A stretch of 64,000 bases of DNA from the NCBI GenBank assembly GCA_010909165.1, contig VJWM01000126.1, positions 248,001 through 312,000 on the forward strand. The letters are read 5' to 3'. Every line of letters begins with the position of its first letter. The first letter of the stretch is position 1. This document shows positions 62,501 to 64,000 of the stretch, piece after piece. The stretch comes from Anthoceros angustus (lineage: Eukaryota > Plantae > Anthocerotophyta). The translations under genes were made by a program, and so were the position numbers. Below the pieces are notes generated by a model. The model was not told where the DNA came from, made no database searches, and saw only the letters and a program-made list of their open reading frames with translations.

Positions 62501-64000
62501 CCCATGTGTATCGTAGTAACAATCTTACGAGTAGCATGTCAAAGATATTCAGGTGAGCAGCTAGCTTGTCGAGTACTTTCTCATTTTTCCCTGAATCCCC
62601 GCACGGTCACGTTGGGATGTAGAAAAGGGCAATCTCTGTCAAGTTTCTGCATATTGCTCTGTCCTGGACTTCAATGTTACGAGGAGAGGGACATTGAATA
62701 AACCTAACACAGCTTGAGGCAGGGACTTGTATGGCTGGGACTGGAAAAAGGAAAAGTCTGTAAGCTGCAGTCGTTGGGGCAGTGACTACCTATCACTAGA
62801 ACAGGTTTGTCCCAAGAACCTGGTGACCTGGTTTGGGCTCAAAGGGGTGGTCTACGTTAGCAAAAGCAACCTGCATGGGGCTGCTGCAACCGGTACTGGA
62901 TTAACTAGTGGAAAGTGCCTTGTCCAGATAAAGTACGCAGTCATTGATGCCTGGGCATCTCGCATGATATCACTTGAAGGAAGAGCTTCAGAGGAGGGTG
63001 CCATTCCTTTGGTATCCTTGCAAGATGTTCCCATGGAGGTGCTCGACATTTTTACAAGATCAATATCACACTCTGATGCTCTTAAGAAGGAAGAAACAGT
63101 AATCGAGGTCAGAGGGCAACATATTTTACTGGAAAGCATAACAGCATCAAGAAGTTTTTATCTGCTAGGCTTTCAGCTCCCTTCTGATTTAATCTATCAG
63201 AATTTGCTTGCTCAACACTCCTGCCAACTGTCTGCATGTGAGAATCCTCATACCCATGACTGAGGTGCTTGTGTGTAAACTGTGCATATCAGGGGGAGGG
63301 AAATATCATGGCGATTAGCTGTGGGACACTCCGACTGCAACAAACTAAGTTCCGGTCTAGAGTTCTTGGGATAAAGTCTTCAGTTGAGATTAATTTTAAA
63401 GATGGCCAGGAACCAGAAAAATATGCTGCCACAGCACGGACAGGGAAGACAGTCACCTTGCACCGAATATCAACTTCAGCACCTACTTCTGAAGCTGACA
63501 CAAAAAAATCAGGTACATGTCATTGAAACAAGCATTTTTACCTGCCTCGATGTTACAAGGGTGATAATACTAACAGTGGTTTACACGTTCACCCAGCAGG
63601 ACAGTTCCTGGATGTTGCTTCAATCAGCAGCATTGTTATCGACAACCGAAAACACGCTAACATGCAGAAAAAGAAATTGGACGAAGCTCTTTATGGCGTA
63701 CTTTGTGCACCAGCGAAGTGCCCAGCCCTCTTACTCCGTGCACTACAGTGTAGTAACATCCAGGCAGACAACGTCGTGCCCAATGAATGGCCCTCGAGGT
63801 TGATGGCACTACAGTACATCTCTGGTGCTCTGAACAACTCTCAATGTAAGGCTTGGGAACAGATCTTGACATCTCATGTCTCAGCTACTATTGGCCCACC
63901 AGGGACCGGAAAAACAAGGCTCATTGCAGCAGTCACCAAAGCATGGGATGAATTAGCGGATGAGGGGCAGGTTTTACTTTGCACCGCTTACCAAAATGTG
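53570..64000 (+). CDS. Giant multidomain nucleic-acid enzyme: DEAH helicase - RRM-like - KH-like - CYTH-like - helical - TOPRIM (CyRepA1-like) - DEDDy exonuclease - UPF1-like SF1 helicase; 3'-incomplete at window edge
   Basis: Phase-consistent exon model: 53570-53764, 53888-54139, 54310-54964, 55059-55303, 55440-55822, 55919-56447, 56574-58208, 58295-59305, 59396-60781, 60873-61203, 61392-61558, 61640-62298, 62385-62552, 62723-62804, 62928-63107, 63293-63512, 63600-64000 (8499 nt, no stops). Motifs: GDPGCGKST, TQPRRIAA, DEVHE, MSAT, ATDIAESSIT, QRAGRVGR; LDCE, KDA, YAVID; LNNSQ, GPPGTGKT, CTAYQNV. Confidence 0.85.

Overview
Eukaryotic nuclear DNA from a land plant with short introns (about 80-190 nt). 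A compact bryophyte or lycophyte genome such as a hornwort or Selaginella is my inference only. The window has two halves. Positions 1 to ~38.1 kb are a nested, frameshift-riddled transposon block: the 3' end and LTR of an Athila-like Ty3/gypsy element; a pogo/Fot1-type DDE remnant; several copies of an unclassified repeat family; and a second, internally deleted Athila-like element (11716 to ~32780). That second element carries a complete CACTA transposon (14523-23480, 32-bp TIRs, CCC TSD) in gag and a Ty1/copia element (~25505-32354) in its 5' LTR. Positions ~40.9-64 kb are a clean, gene-dense block: a TIC32-like SDR, ARP5, a degenerate trypsin-like gene, an intronless chloroplast ABCB26/TAP1, tRNA-Glu(UUC), a LINE fragment, and the standout feature. 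That feature is one very large spliced gene (53570 to beyond 64000; 17 exons and about 2,830 codons in my phase-consistent hand model, still open at the window edge). It strings together a DEAH/RHA RNA helicase, RRM-like and KH-like folds, a CYTH/RNA-triphosphatase-like domain, a helical region, a TOPRIM domain resembling the N-terminus of cyanobacterial CyRepA1-family plasmid replication proteins (split by spliceosomal introns), a DEDDy 3'-5' exonuclease and a UPF1-like SF1 helicase. All family assignments come from motif recognition and recall, not from database searches.
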